A stretch of 64,000 nt of DNA, taken from contig OX597816.1 in the NCBI GenBank assembly GCA_951406725.2, positions 11,780,001-11,844,000 of the forward strand, in the 5' to 3' direction. Below the pieces are notes generated by a model. It did not search any database, was not told where the DNA came from, and worked only from the letters and a program-made list of their open reading frames with translations. This document shows positions 1-12,560 of this stretch, piece after piece. Both the position numbers and the translations under genes were made by a program. The stretch comes from Octopus vulgaris (Eukaryota). How positions within the stretch are numbered: position 1 is the first letter of the stretch; every line of letters starts with the position of its first letter.

Positions 1-169
1 GAATTGCCATTTTGTTATTTTTCAGCTCTGATTTTGTTACAAGTTAATTATTAACATTTTACGATAAAAAAATACATAATAAATATAAGTAGTAGCAGGA
101 ATACCAGTAATAATGAAATATAAGGAGAACAATAATAATAATAATATTCTTTTTTCTTATAGAAACAAT

Positions 170-620
170 GCTAATAAATTCAAGGAAAGGAAGTAAGTCA
201 ATTATGTTGACCAGTGTTCAACTGGTAATTATTTTATTGACCCCAACAAGACAAAAGGCAAAGTCAGCCTTGGAGGAATTTGACCTCAGACAAAATTCCA
301 TGATGGACGAAATACCTATTTCTTTACTACCCACAAGGTGCTAAACACAGAGGGGACAAACAAGGTCAGAAAAACGGATCAAGTCGATTATATCGACCCC
401 AGTGCATAACTGGTACTTATTTAATGGACTCCGAAAAGATGAATGGCAAAGTCGACCTCAGCAGAATTTGAACTCAGAACGTAACAGCAGACAAAATACC
501 TATTTCTTTACTACCCACAAGGGGCTAAATACAGAGGGGACAAACAAGGACAGACAAACGGATTAAGTCGATTATATCGACCCCAGTGCGTAACTGGTAC
601 TTATTTAATCGACCCCAAAA
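170..620 (-). mobile_element. Tandem partial units of tRNA-derived SINE family M
   Basis: Three consecutive partial copies of the unit ending ...gtaccagttacgcactggggtcgat...ccccttgtgggtagtaaagaaata (minus strand). The same unit occurs at 8768, 25255, 28385, 35825 and 53504. Confidence 0.8.
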
Positions 621-763
621 GGAGTTGGTTTGCAAGATTCTTTATATGAGTTCGTGTGTTGAAGCATATTCTGTTGTGTTTGGGGAGAGTCATTTTCTTT
701 TTGTGCCTTATTATGTAACACACTCACAGGTAAAATTTCCACTTTTTTCTTATTTTTATTGTC

Positions 764-800
764 CTAAAATTTTCGTTGCGTCTTGCAACCTTTTCAATAG
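764..800 (-). ncRNA. Minimal hammerhead-like motif, U3-A8 core variant
   Basis: Minus strand: cta TTGAAAA g gttgc aagac gcaac GAAA AT T T tag. Stem II is 5 bp, stem III is palindromic AATT, stem I is only 3 bp. It lies in a repeat (625-800) also present at 58720-59310. Confidence 0.5.
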
Positions 801-1742
801 TTTTGACTCTGTCCGTTATTTACACTGCTATTTATTCTTTTATTTATTGATACTTCTCCTTCAAAACCTTTTTCATTTTTGTCATCGTCAACAGAATTAT
901 CCTTCTTAATTAAAAAAAAACAAAACACAACACCCTCCTTGTCAAACCCTGATCTTCTCTGAAAACAAAAATGCATATTACATTTGGCAAATAATATTTT
1001 TAATTTTCTAAATTATCTCACAGCATTTTGTTGGCTAAAATTATTAGCATTGATAAAAATGAACAGTTATTCTCCACACGATAACAAATTCCTATTGATT
1101 TCAATTAAATTTTTCTAACAACTAGATTAAAAGATTATATTTGATGCACTGCTGGTCTCTTTCAAAAACATAATTTTCAAAAGGAAAACACATAAATGAA
1201 AAACAAGCGAATAATAAGAAATAAATAAGCATAAAAAACACAAGAAAGATATAAAAGTACTGACACTTTTTCCTGTTTTTATGCAGTTTTTTTAATCATA
1301 TTTCTACTAGTTGAAATTTGAGAAATGATTGCGAAATAAATATTATGCAGCGATGTTCAGTGTATTAACTAAAGATTACCGTGAATCAAAAATTTACTTC
1401 GTTTTTGAATGGAGTGTAAAATGATGGAATTGGCAAATATCTCATGTAACCTTTGAAATCTCTGTAATCTGCTGCATTTGATCATAGTGATTATAATCCT
1501 CTGATGCGAAATTCCTGCACTAACTGAATGGTAGAATTGTGCATCAATGCCAAATTTATGTCAGTGTTTAGTGCACTGGCATTATTATGCAACTATTCTT
1601 TTTACTTGAAATTATTTCAGAATAATTTTGACTTTGCAATAAAAAAAAAACTGAATTGAAAGCAAATACATAAAAAGCTTAACTTGTGTCACACATCGTT
1701 TCGCACACTTTATGCCCGTATGTGTGTGCCTGTGGGCATGAG

Positions 1743-1798
<56 letters not shown>

Positions 1799-1984
1799 AA
1801 AGAACATTAATACTTATGAGAGATATTAATGTTAGTAGCCGCAAGCTAAAACCATATAGGCAAAATCAGTAGATATATATTAAAAAAAATTATATATATA
1901 TATATAACAAGGGCTGGTGTCTTTTAAAAAAGTGCTCCTGTTATATATAATTCTTTTATATATATCTATTAATTTTGCCTATAT

Positions 1985-2130
1985 AGGCATAGGAGTGACT
2001 CTGTGGAAAGTAGCTTGCTTACCAACCACATGGTTCCAGGTTCAGTCCCACTGCGTGGTACCTTGGGCAAGTGTCTTCTACTATAGCCTTGGGCTGACCA
2101 AAGCTTTGTGAGTGGATTTGGTAGACAGAA
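1985..2130 (+). mobile_element. 5' part of CORE-type SINE (family C)
   Basis: Head ggcataggagtgactctgtgg...ggttcagtccca, then the CORE-like accttgggcaagtgtctt. Confidence 0.75.
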
Positions 2131-2222
2131 ATTTATTATTATTATTCAGGTCACTGGCTGGAATTGAACTCAGAATCTTGGGGTTAGTAGCCCTCGCTCT
2201 TAACCTCTACACTATATGGTCA
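2131..2222 (-). mobile_element. tRNA-like head of SINE family H followed by (AAT)n, tail missing
   Basis: Minus strand: tagtgtagaggttaagagcgagggctactaaccccaagattctgagttcaattccagccagtgacctgaataataat. Matches the heads at 52072, 54670 and 60000. Confidence 0.75.
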
Positions 2223-2499
2223 TGCTGTTGTTGTTGTCATTGCTGCTGCTATATGTATAATGAGGACACTGATTGAGTTCAGTAGTATATCGTTCTAGAG
2301 AATTCTCTTGGGAATTTTATGACTAGCTTCATCAATAAACATTTTGGACTTTTTTAAAAATATTTTTGTCCTTTGTTCTTGTTTTGAGAAGGAACCTAAC
2401 TTCAAGCAACTTTTTACAGATCAATTTTTAGACACTATTTTCTAAACCTGGCAAAGTATGTAAGGGGTGCAAATTTCGATTTTTATCCCCCTAAAACTT

Positions 2500-3388
2500 T
2501 TAATCAGTTAGGGATGCCAGTTAGCCTTTTACACCAATCAGGCTCATTCGTATTAGCCCAAGTTGCTGGATACTTTTTTGTTCCTTTAAGAATATTGTAG
2601 AACGGAAACTTTTCATTGACTGGAATTTCAATCCTAATCTCTCTTTTTACTTGTTTCAGTCATTTGATTGCAGCCATGCTGGAGCACCGCCTTTAATCGA
2701 GCAACTCGACCCCAGAACTTATTCTTTTGTAAGCCCAGTACTTATTCTATCAGTCTCTTTTTGCCGAACCACAAAGTAACGGGGACATAAACACACCAGC
2801 ATCGGTTGTCAAGCAATGCTAGGGGGACAAACACACTCACACAAACACACACACGCATATATATACACATATATACGACGGGCTTCTTTCAGTTTCCGTC
2901 TACCAAATCCACTCACAAAGTTTTGGTTGGCCCGAGGCTATAGTAGAAGACACCTGCCCAAGGTGCCAGGCAGTGGGACTGAACCCGGAACCATGTGGTT
3001 GGTAAACAAGCTACTTACCACACAGCCACTCCTGCGCCTATAGAAATTTTTTTTTTTATCTTTAAATTTTGAATTTGAATTACTTTTAATTTGTACGATT
3101 ATAGGTAACAACTCGGGCTGAAACTTCTGAGACTGAATCAGGCACATGAGAACAATGTCGAAAGAACATCTGCTATGAATGATATCTTTTGAAACAGAGC
3201 ACCTCTAAGACGGCCACCAGACACTGAACTGCAACCAGGCTCAATAAAAGGAGCCCGGGTTATTGGCTGCAATTACATAATTGAAGACAGTATTGGCACA
3301 AATTAAATCAGCTTGCAAATACACGTTCACTTTACTAAATTTATACTCGGTCTAAGCCTGAATAGCCTGAATGCCGGAGTCGCTACTG
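2500..3388 (-). mobile_element. Non-autonomous DNA element with hAT-like CAGT(A/G)GCG terminus, interrupted by a SINE
   Basis: 2500-2630 and 3060-3388 are the reverse complement of the uninterrupted copy at 40732-41185. Confidence 0.55.
2640..3041 (-). mobile_element. Full-length CORE-type SINE (family C)
   Basis: tRNA-like head, CORE-like motif, internal (TA/TG) microsatellite and tail ...gactgaaacaagtaaaaagag. Near-identical to 3827-4229. Confidence 0.85.
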
Positions 3389-3549
3389 ATATACGTATTT
3401 GTATGTCTTTGTGTGTTTCTTTGTGTTTGGTGACACATGTAACTAAGTAATGGCTCCAGTTCAATACTGCCTTTTTATATACCATTATCAAAGTAAGTGG
3501 TACGAGATTTTAGTTTAAGTAGTAAAGAATTTTCAAAGAAACGATCTAA

Positions 3550-3770
3550 CCCTTTAGTGTTCACATTATTCTGCCCAAATTAGTCCTTTTTTATCTGCAT
3601 TGTTTTGAACTAATCATGCTTTATCTTGTAACTATGAGAATTTGATGAGGTAGCTGTTAATTTTTAAAACGATATTGTAGGGTTGGTGTGAGAGACCAGA
3701 TCTGGCTAGTTTGACCATAAAACAGGCAGAATACTTTTGGCCGGATATGACGGGTTTAAATGCTAAAGGG
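3550..3770. mobile_element. piggyBac-type MITE
   Basis: Termini ccctttagtg / tgctaaaggg with degenerate TTAA flanks (ctaa, ctag). Confidence 0.5.
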
Positions 3771-3826
3771 CTAGAGATTTTTTCATGATCATTGAGAAAA
3801 TTAAGATAGGCGCAGGAGTGGCTGTG

Positions 3827-4229
3827 TGGTAAGTAGCTTGTTTACCAGCCACATGGTTCCGGGTTCAGTCCCCCTGTGTGGCAGCTTGGGCAAGTGTCTT
3901 CTACTATAGCCTTGGGCCGACCAAAGCCTTGTGAGTGGATTTGGTTGACGGAAACTGTAAGAAGCCCGTCGTATATATATATATATATATATATATGCAT
4001 GTGTGTGTTTGTGTGTCTGTGTTTGTCCCCCTAGCATTGCTTGACAACCGATGCTGGTGTGTTTATTTCCCCGTTACTTAGCGGTTCAGCAAAAGAGACC
4101 AATAGAATAAGTACTGGGCTTACAAAAGAATAAGTCCCGGGGTCGAGTTGCTCGATTAAAGGCGGTGCTCCAGCATGGCCGCAGTCAAATGACTGAAACA
4201 AGTAAAAGAGTAAAAAGAGAGTAAAAGAG
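3827..4229 (+). mobile_element. Full-length CORE-type SINE (family C)
   Basis: ggcgcaggagtggctgtgtggtaag...ggttcagtccc...ttgggcaagtgtctt...(TA)n...aagtaaaagag repeats. Further copies or fragments at 7105-7460(-), 38590-39250(-), 51570-51910, 56340-56560(-), 56612-56990, 59515-59905(-), 62510-63625 and 63662-64000. Confidence 0.85.
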
Positions 4230-4404
4230 TATAATCAGTTCCCATGATGCAATCACCACTGATGTGTGTGTATGTGTGTGTATTTATCACTATATATGTG
4301 TATGTATGCTGGTGTGTATGTGTTTATGTATGAAAACATATATTTGCTTGCATATATATGATGTGCGTATACATCTATATTTATGTATGCATTAAATTTT
4401 TTTT

Positions 4405-5025
4405 GTCTTGCAAGTACTTTGTGACCCTGTCCTCATTGTAAAGTGGTTGGTGTTTGGAAGAGCATCCAGTTGTATAAAGCTTGCCAAAATTGCCTGTGCT
4501 TGTGCCACATAAAAAGCACTAAGTCCATTCTGCTGAGTGGTTGGTGTTAGGAAGAGCATTCAGCTAGAAAAATCCTGCCAAACCAGTCACAGAAGTCTGG
4601 TGCAGACTTCTGTCTGACAGGCTCTTGTGAAATGATCCAACCCATGCCAGCATGGAGGGTGGACATTAAACGATGATGATGATGATGATGAAGATGATGT
4701 AGGTGTGTATATATGTATGTATGTATGTATCTATCTATCTATGTGTGTGCATATCATCATCATCATCATCATCGTTTAACGTCCGCTTTCCATGCTAGCA
4801 TGGGTTGGACGATTTTGACTGAGAGCTGGTGAATCAGATGGCTGCACCAGGCTCCAATCTTGATTTGGCAGAGTTTCTACAGCTGGATGCCCTTCCTAAT
4901 GCCAATCACTCCGAGAGTGTAGTGGGTGCTTTTATGTGCCACCGGCATGAGGGCCAGTCAGGCAGTAGTGGCAATGACCTCACTCAAATCCTTTTACATA
5001 TGCCACCAGCACAGGTGCCAGTAAG
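4405..5025. mobile_element. Two tail-to-tail copies of SINE family R (RTE-like (GAT)n tail)
   Basis: ...ccaacccatgc(c/t)agcatgga...aaacgatgatgat on + (4405-4698) and on - (4753-5025). Other copies at 5900, 13057, 14119, 20160, 31925, 34366, 35235, 53925 and 62680. Confidence 0.75.
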
Positions 5026-5235
5026 GTGTGTATGTATTTATATATGTACACACACATATGTGTGTATATATGTATATATGCATATATATATATATATATA
5101 CACACACACATATACATATATAAACACACAAACTTTTATACAAACATATATAAGAGCATATATACATGTGTGTGTTTGTGTAGAGACATTAATATGTGTA
5201 TGTATCTATTTATTTATCTGTGCATCAATCTAACT

Positions 5236-5269
<34 letters not shown>

Positions 5270-6038
5270 GTGCGAGAGTACGTAATGTATGTATACTTGT
5301 ATATAAGGTATTATGTTAAGTCAGTAATTATTTGATAAGTTTCGGATAAATTCTATGACTCTGCCAGTCTTCTAATTCTTCTATCTTCAGAAGTTATCTT
5401 TTATTCTTTTATGGAAATTCTGTCTACCAAAAACCGTGAAGAAATAGAAATCGCGTTTCCTCTTTATTTATCTGATATTTTCTTTGGTGGAATCATAAGT
5501 GTCTTTTTATGAAATTCTTCCTCGAATCAATTGACTAAAAGATGCCAATTCTGAACAAAGATGCTTTTATAGAAATATTTTGTTAATATTGTAATCTAAC
5601 CTTCTTTTATGTGTTGGCAAAATGTTTGACTTGGTCATATGAAAGATTTAGCACCTATACAATACTAACAGCAATATTAACGACTCTCTCTTATATATAT
5701 TTAGATATTGTATTAACAATGATCCGTTATGACTTCAGTCATGACAACCGAGACAGCATTGTTCTGGGCTGGAAGACACAGGCTTAGTATGATGTCTTTA
5801 TTTAATCTTTCTCACTTCGCTTTCCTTTTGGCTTTCTTTTCCGTTGTCTGTATCTATCTACTTGTCTATCTCTCTCTCTATATATATATATATATATCAT
5901 CATCATCATTGTCATCATCATTTAACGTCTGTTGTCAGTGCCGACATGGGTTCGACGGCTTGACCAGGGCTGGCAAGCTGATCCAGACTCCAGTCTGTTT
6001 TGGCATGGTTTCTATGGCTGGATGCCCTTCCCAACACC

Positions 6039-6081
<43 letters not shown>

Positions 6082-6177
6082 ACGTACACACACAAACACA
6101 CATACATACCTGTATCTGTCTACCTGTATCTTTTATCTATCTGTCCATCTGTCAATCAATTTGTCACTCTGTCCAGG

Positions 6178-6385
6178 TCATTGCCCAGGTCTTCAGCTGC
6201 CTGCCCTTGTGTTTGTGCCAGCTGAGGAGTGGAGGTGGGAGGAGGACATCACGAATGAGCTCACCCTCTGGACACCGGGTCGCATGACCGAATCACCTTA
6301 AGCGCCGTTGTAGAAGCACCGAAGGGAGGGGCTGGAGATTCAGGCGATGAAGAAGACCGACTGTAGGAACCCGATCAATGTGCAT
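6178..6385 (-). pseudogene. RTE-clade LINE RT C-terminal fragment
   Basis: Minus strand translates to LLQRRLR*FGHATRCPEGELIRDVLLPPPLLSWHKHKGRQLKTWAMT, matching the RTE 'RRLRWFGH...GGQ.KTW' motif. Confidence 0.8.
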
Positions 6386-6742
6386 TGATTGGTTTGCTGC
6401 CGACGAATATCTTACAAGGTGATAAGTTGGCAGAAAGTTTAGCACACAGGACGAAATGCTTATTGGAATTTTTACATTCTGAATATAAAATTCCACAATG
6501 GTCAACTTTGTCTTTCATCCTCTTGGGTGGGTGCAGGGTGGGGGTGATAAAATAAATACCAGTTGAGCACTGGGGGGTCGATGTAATCAACTTCCCTACT
6601 TCTCAAAATAGCTGACCTTGTGCCAAAATAAAGGAAACTTTTTCAATATCTATATATCACTGGACTGAATCCAAACCATGATACTTTAGAAAATTACTAT
6701 CTTTATATTTCACAACGAGAGATATTCAGCAACAGTAGTTTG

Positions 6743-6974
6743 GAGTAAAGATTGCTTGCCAAGATAACATGGCAGTCCTGGTTTAGGACTAATGTTGCTG
6801 TAATTTAGCCCCAGGAGACATCGTCTCCAGCTGGCTATACAACATGATCTGTGTCCTTATATTTTCGAATATATAAGGACACAGATCATGTCGTATAGCC
6901 AGCTGGAGCTAAATTACAGCAACATTCATCCTAAATCAGGACTGCCGTGTTATGTTGGCAAACAATCTTTACTC
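6743..6974. repeat. Foldback inverted repeat, arms about 110 bp
   Basis: gagtaaagattgcttgccaa...gtccttata / tataaggac...ttggcaaacaatctttactc. The left arm carries about 17 extra bp. Confidence 0.9.
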
Positions 6975-7326
6975 CTAGGAAGCTTTATTTCGAAATTAAA
7001 GGTTGAAATGCTCTTATTCACTGATGTAGAGCAATTGAGTAAATACAAAAAAATTCAAATTTTCAGCAAAGAGAAGACTCAAATAGCAAATTTTAGATGT
7101 ATATTCTCTCTTTTTCTTTTATTTGTTTCAGTCATTAGACTGCGGCCATGCTGGAGCACAGCCTTTAGTCCAGCAAATCAACTCCAAGACTTATTCTTTG
7201 TAAGCCTAGTACATATTCTGTTGTTGTTTTTGCCAAACCACTAAGTTACGGGGCTATAAACACACCAGCATTGGTCGTCAAGCAATGTTGGGGGGACAAA
7301 CACAGACACACAAACATATTCATGCC

Positions 7327-7373
<47 letters not shown>

Positions 7374-8767
7374 GACGGGCTTCTTTCAGTTTCCGTCTAC
7401 CAAATCCACTCACAAGGCTTTGGTCGGCCCTAGGCTATAGTAGAAAACACTTGGCCAAGTTATCTTATCTAAATTGTTTACATTCCTGTGAAATCAATAA
7501 TTTTGGAAAATTTCAGTCTGTTACTACGTTTTCCAAACTCTTTCTGGATCTATTCAAGGTTTGCTCAAAGACTTTGTGAGTCAATTCGGTTTTGAAAATT
7601 TGACAATCTTAAAACTAAAGGACAGATTGCAGAGGACATAATTTTGATGTGATATATAGACATTTTCAGTGGTAAAGCTGGAATATGTGTCGCTTGGTGC
7701 AGCTCTAACTCCTAACCCAACCCTATACAGACTCGTACAATGGACTCAACGGGCCATCCCCATAAAAGTGCCACCTAGAGCAAAACTGCCCTGTTGCCCC
7801 ACTCCCTGGCTACGCTGCAGGATATTAAGCGAATTTCTGAGCGTTTTGTAGAAGTATCAGAATAGCTTCAATCAGATAAATCTAAATGCAACACGTTCAA
7901 CGAGTTTATTGAATTTGTTCAACAGCTTGAAATAGTTTTAATATCAAAATGATTGAAAAATCTTGAAAGTAAGAATGATTTTGATAATATCACTTTATCA
8001 CACTTTGATAAAGATATGTATAAATCTAGTTCTAAATGTCACTTTTCTGGATGTAATCATGCAACTGTGAAAATGTTCTGCATTTGGTAGAACTTGTATT
8101 GAGCATGGAGGAATTCCAACCATGTTTCGTGGTTTGCTACCTCAACAGTTCCTTTATAGAATCCAGTGGCTAAAAACATTATCAGGAGGAATCATGTCCC
8201 GTTTTGGCAATTACTCCTCTTCAGCTCTGGTGTTGAGTGCATTTCTTCTTTCCCCTTTTTTCTTTTGTTCTTTGGTTTCTTCGATGCAGTGTCAATGAAT
8301 GTCAGTGAGCGACTGACCATCCTGCCAAATTTCCCTTTAAATACTCGCCTGTAGGCTCCAGCAGCCAGTACCAGCCAACTGTCACATGACACTGTCTAAG
8401 CTTCGACTGACCAATGGAGGGGAAGGGCACATAGTTTTAACCAAACACCCTCTCGAAACCTGCCTTCCAACAGTGTCATGTTAGTTTCAGTTCCTGCAGC
8501 CAGAGCCGACCAGCTGTTTGGTGGTACAAACCTTCAAACTAGGAGGGGGGTGCGATATGAATGAGATCGCTACCTTGGCCCACCTGTAAATCAGTGATGC
8601 TGCTTAAGTATCAGCCAGCCTTACCTAGCGATGCTATTTCCCAGTTGACATGTTATGATTTTCAACCCATTTTGGGTCTTTTCGCTTAAGCCATACAAGG
8701 GGTACATAAAAGGGGAACATTTAGAAGTAGAAATTGAAACTTCTTAAAGAGCTCAAGGAATTAATAC

Positions 8768-9001
8768 ATATTTCTTTATTGCCCACAAGGGGCTAAACAT
8801 AGAGGAGACAAACAAAGACAGACAAAGGGATTAAGTTGATTACATCGACCCCAGTGCGAAACTGGTACTTTATTTATCAACCCCGAAAGGATGAAAGGCA
8901 AAGTCGACCTTGGCGAAATTTGAACTCAGAATGTAATGACAGACGAAATTCCGCTTAGCATTTCGCCCGGCGCACTAACATGTCTGCCAACTTGCTGCCT
9001 T
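8768..9001 (-). mobile_element. Full unit of tRNA-derived SINE family M
   Basis: Minus strand: ggcagcaagttggcagacatgttag...gagttcaaattt (B box)...gcctttcatcctttcgggg...aataaagaaata. Confidence 0.8.
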
Positions 9002-9179
9002 TTAAGGAATTAAAATAACGATTGATATGAAACTCAGTGAGGTTAACTTCAGCCTGCAAAGTGGTACTGGACGTTAAGTAATTATGTAATATCTCAGAAC
9101 TTAAGGATGGATATAAATAAATAAAAATTAAGGATGTGTTCCATTAAATGGAAAAAAAATTAAGAACCAATTGTTGAAA

Positions 9180-9690
9180 TTTTAAGGAAATTCCAAGCAT
9201 TAATAGAAACTGATAAAAAAAATTAAGGTCCTAAATGCTATTGTTAGTGAGTGTAGAAAGTTTGGTTAACTTGAAATGAATGTGAGAAATGTTGCTAGTT
9301 CAGCATTAATTCATGTGATTGGAGCGTCAGAACAATTTCGAAGATCAAGAAGTTTTAAGGCTAAAACTCATCTCAAAGGGAATATGAAGCCATGTTGTTT
9401 TATGGCAAGTCCATTACTAATACGTATTAAACCATTAGTCATAGAGAAGCTGAGGAAATTAATTAATGAAGGATTTTTTTTTTAGACTTTAGAAGTTCTT
9501 CCCAGAGGGAGTAAATGGATCTCTCCTCTTCAGTGGTTGCATGAAAGTCAGTTGAAGATTTCGGAATATGCAGAGACTACAATGTAGGTCTGAATGAAAT
9601 CGCTCGTACAAATTCTTATCCAACACCAAAAACAAAATCGATATTTCATTCTCATTCTGACATGATTTATTTTGCTAAACTGGATATCAT
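9180..9690 (+). pseudogene. Degenerate Ty3/Gypsy reverse-transcriptase fragment
   Basis: FKAKTHLKGNMKPCCFMASPLLIRIKPLVIEKLRKLINEG...SKWISPL...GICRDYNVGLNEIARTNSYPTPK...FAKLD matches Gypsy RT N-terminal motifs, with stops and frameshifts. Confidence 0.75.
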
Positions 9691-9883
9691 CTGATACAAA
9701 CAAATGTGTTCTGAAGCAAAATTTGTTACGAAGATAAATAAAGTGTTAGACTGGTTTTTATATTGGATGTGTCTTCTATGTAGAATAAAAATAGTCAATA
9801 TAAACAATTGCAGCTTGGAAGGTGTTTATAAGCCATTTAAGAAACACAAAAACCATTAGATTCACTTCAGCATTTAAATTTAA

Positions 9884-9934
9884 TTTGTCAAAATATTTTC
9901 GTCGCTTTGAGACCGCGACCTGTTCACTGACAAA
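9884..9934 (-). ncRNA. Minimal type-I hammerhead ribozyme, G3-C8 core variant
   Basis: Minus strand: tttgtca GTGAACA g gtcgc ggtctcaaa gcgac GAAA ATAT T T tgacaaa. Stem I is 7 bp, stem II is 5 bp, stem III is palindromic AATATT. Confidence 0.7.
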
Positions 9935-9971
9935 ACTTCATGCTGCAAAACTTCGAGATAGAGTAGAAAGT

Positions 9972-10022
9972 TTTATCAGTGAATAGGTCGCGGTCTCAAA
10001 GTGACGAAAATATTTTGACAAA
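9972..10022 (+). ncRNA. Inverted, slightly decayed copy of the G3-C8 hammerhead
   Basis: tttatca GTGAATA g gtcgc ggtctcaaa gtgac GAAA ATAT T T tgacaaa (C8 changed to T). Confidence 0.55.
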
Positions 10023-10982
10023 CTAAATTTTAAATGTTGAAGTGAATCTAATGGTTTTGTGTGTTTCTTAAATGGCTTATAAACACCTTCCACGCTGCAA
10101 CTGTTTTCATTCCAGCACACGATCTCAGATCAAGTCACTCGCTGTGCAAGTACATCTCCGTAAGTCAATATAAAGTATCCTGTATATTATAAAGTAGATG
10201 TAGTGTTAGAATGCAAAATACTGGATCATTTACCATGAGAGAAACCTCTCACATGAACTCATTCTGCATATAGCACTCTTGTTTATATTACTAGTGAGAG
10301 ATAACCGCCTGCTACTGCTGCAGGAACTACTATTCACTTGATTTCAGCCTTCCTTTGCCTTGTCAATGGTAGATATCTACAGCTAGATTGAGCAGTGGTT
10401 TCTCCGTCAGCGATACATATAGAATCCCAATGTCTGGTCATTGGTCATGTACTGGTGCTGTAAATAGCCAGTGGGCTTATTAAAAAATAATTAACAGCGA
10501 CAGAAGCAGAATTAATACCAAAAGGTAATATTTATCCCCACTTAAAAGCAGATGATGTGTTAGAACACAGAATCCTGCATTATTTGCAATGAGAGAACCC
10601 CTCAAATAAACGTGGTGCATATAAGCACTTGTGTTTATATCGCCAGTGGGAGATAATCATCAGAATTATGTTTCAGAGAGCAATTAAACAAGTTTCTGGA
10701 AATATCAAATAGATGCTCACAGTTCCTTAACGTAACATTAGTCTGTAAAGGCATGTAGTTGTCAAAGCAACCAAAAGAAATTTTTTTTTAATTTTGTGCT
10801 GGTGGGGAAGGAGAAGATAAAAGGATTCCTAACCTCTGGGCCATTGTGGCTCCACTCTGATATATACGCACATAAATACATACATACATACATTCATAAA
10901 TACATACATATGTACATACATATATACATATCCCAGTATAAGAATATCGATCAGGTCATCAAATGCTGTAATACCCCACTGG

Positions 10983-11286
10983 TCACAATGTGCTTCCAAT
11001 TCTGTCTTGATTGTGCCATTCTTTTCCATTCTGAGACAAATTAGTTAAGTAGATTGGCTGCTCATCCTCGTAGAGGCCTTCCAAATGGCTTTTCCAATCT
11101 CTTGGATACCACTCGGTAACTACATGGGTCCACCTGTTGTCTGTGAACTTCACAACATGTCCTGTCCAGTGGAACTTGTGTTTTCGGTATTCTGCACTCA
11201 GATCGTACATTCCACTCTGTTCACGAACATCTCATTTTGAATAGGCTCTCATAGGGATATTCCAAGTGTGGCTCTTTCCATGGCCC
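10983..11286 (-). pseudogene. RTE-clade LINE RT C-terminal fragment
   Basis: RKHKFHWTGHVVKFTDNRWTHVVTEWYPRDWK matches the RTE 'W.GHV.R..D.RW...V..W.P' motif. Upstream frame reads ERATLGISL. Confidence 0.8.
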
Positions 11287-11381
11287 TTTGCGTCATAGCA
11301 ATGTGTATATACAAATATCCACCTGTATGTATATAAGTACATACATATACATATATATGAACATATGTATATATATATATA

Positions 11382-11640
11382 TGCCTCACCTCACACCGAA
11401 TTTAGAAATAGCAGTCAAAAAGTTTTGGCTATTCCTTCTACTTAAAAGGGAGATCCCAGTAAAACCAAAGCACTTAAAAAACAAACGACGCAGGTAAAAG
11501 AGAAAGAAATGACGAAAATCATTCTATATTAATAGAATGATTTTTTAAGTGCTTTCGTTTTACTGGGATCTCCCTTTTAAGTAGAAAGAATAGCCAAAAC
11601 TTTTTGACTGCTATTTCTAAATTCGGTGTGTGGTGAGGCA
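11382..11640. repeat. Foldback inverted repeat, arms about 100 bp, with an inner hairpin
   Basis: tgcctcacc...cacttaaaaa / ttttttaagtg...ggtgaggca. Inner hairpin aaaatcattctat-att-aatagaatgatttt at about 11515-11544. Confidence 0.9.
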
Positions 11641-12039
11641 AATCGTTGCTGAACCTTTAATTACTTAGTATTACTTAAACCTTCCTTGAATGGGTCTTTT
11701 ACATGCCAAACTCTACTTGGTGAAATTAATGTTTATTTCTAAATTAATTAATTTCACCCTTTATTATTATTGATAATTATATATATATATATATATTATT
11801 AGTAATATCAAAGGGTACTCAGAAATATTTGAAATTTCCATTACCAGTGGCCTAGCAAATTATCTTATTTGCTAAAAAAGTCTGAAACCATTGGCAAAGG
11901 AGTTAGATGGTAAATGTTTTTATTTTCCATTCCCTTTGAAATTTTATCCCCAATAGTGGTTTGGAATTTAACTGTCCTCTCTAGTGTGCAAGGAATCCTA
12001 TGATGGATACCTCATATGTGTTTAAATGTACACTGTATT

Positions 12040-12040
12040 G

Positions 12041-12073
<33 letters not shown>

Positions 12074-12109
12074 ATATCTATACACACACATATATATATA
12101 TAAATGCAT

Positions 12110-12151
<42 letters not shown>

Positions 12152-12173
12152 TGTATATGTTGTATATGTATAT

Positions 12174-12204
<31 letters not shown>

Positions 12205-12426
12205 GATATATGTATGTATAGATAGATGTATATCTACATATATATAAATGTATGTCTGTACACACACATATATATATATACACACACATATATATGTATA
12301 TATATATATGTATATGTATGTATATATAGATATACATATATGTATACATATACATATATGTATATATATATGTATATGTATATATGTGTATATATATGTA
12401 TATATATGTATATATATGTATATATG

Positions 12427-12479
<53 letters not shown>

Positions 12480-12560
12480 GTCTATATGTCTGTATATATA
12501 TATATATATATACTCAGACATACATATACTTATATATACACATTATTGTATGTATATACG
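12040..12560. repeat. Compound (TA)n/(TATG)n microsatellite
   Basis: Direct inspection. It is the source of the overlapping Y/I/C/M pseudo-ORFs. Confidence 0.95.

Larger units (their letters stand above)
9802..10106. repeat. Foldback inverted repeat, arms about 137 bp, spacer about 30 bp
   Basis: 9802-9938 is the reverse complement of 9968-10106 with scattered substitutions. Confidence 0.9.

Noticed and set aside
2816-3043. Recurrent ORF 'MLGGQT...RRASFSFRLPNPLT...' (also at 3801, 7271, 56504 and 63628)
   Set aside because: It is the antisense translation of the family-C SINE, not a gene family.
5729-6301. 190-aa plus-strand ORF and apparent splice acceptor at 6177
   Set aside because: It is stitched from a SINE, microsatellites and the antisense of an RTE fragment.
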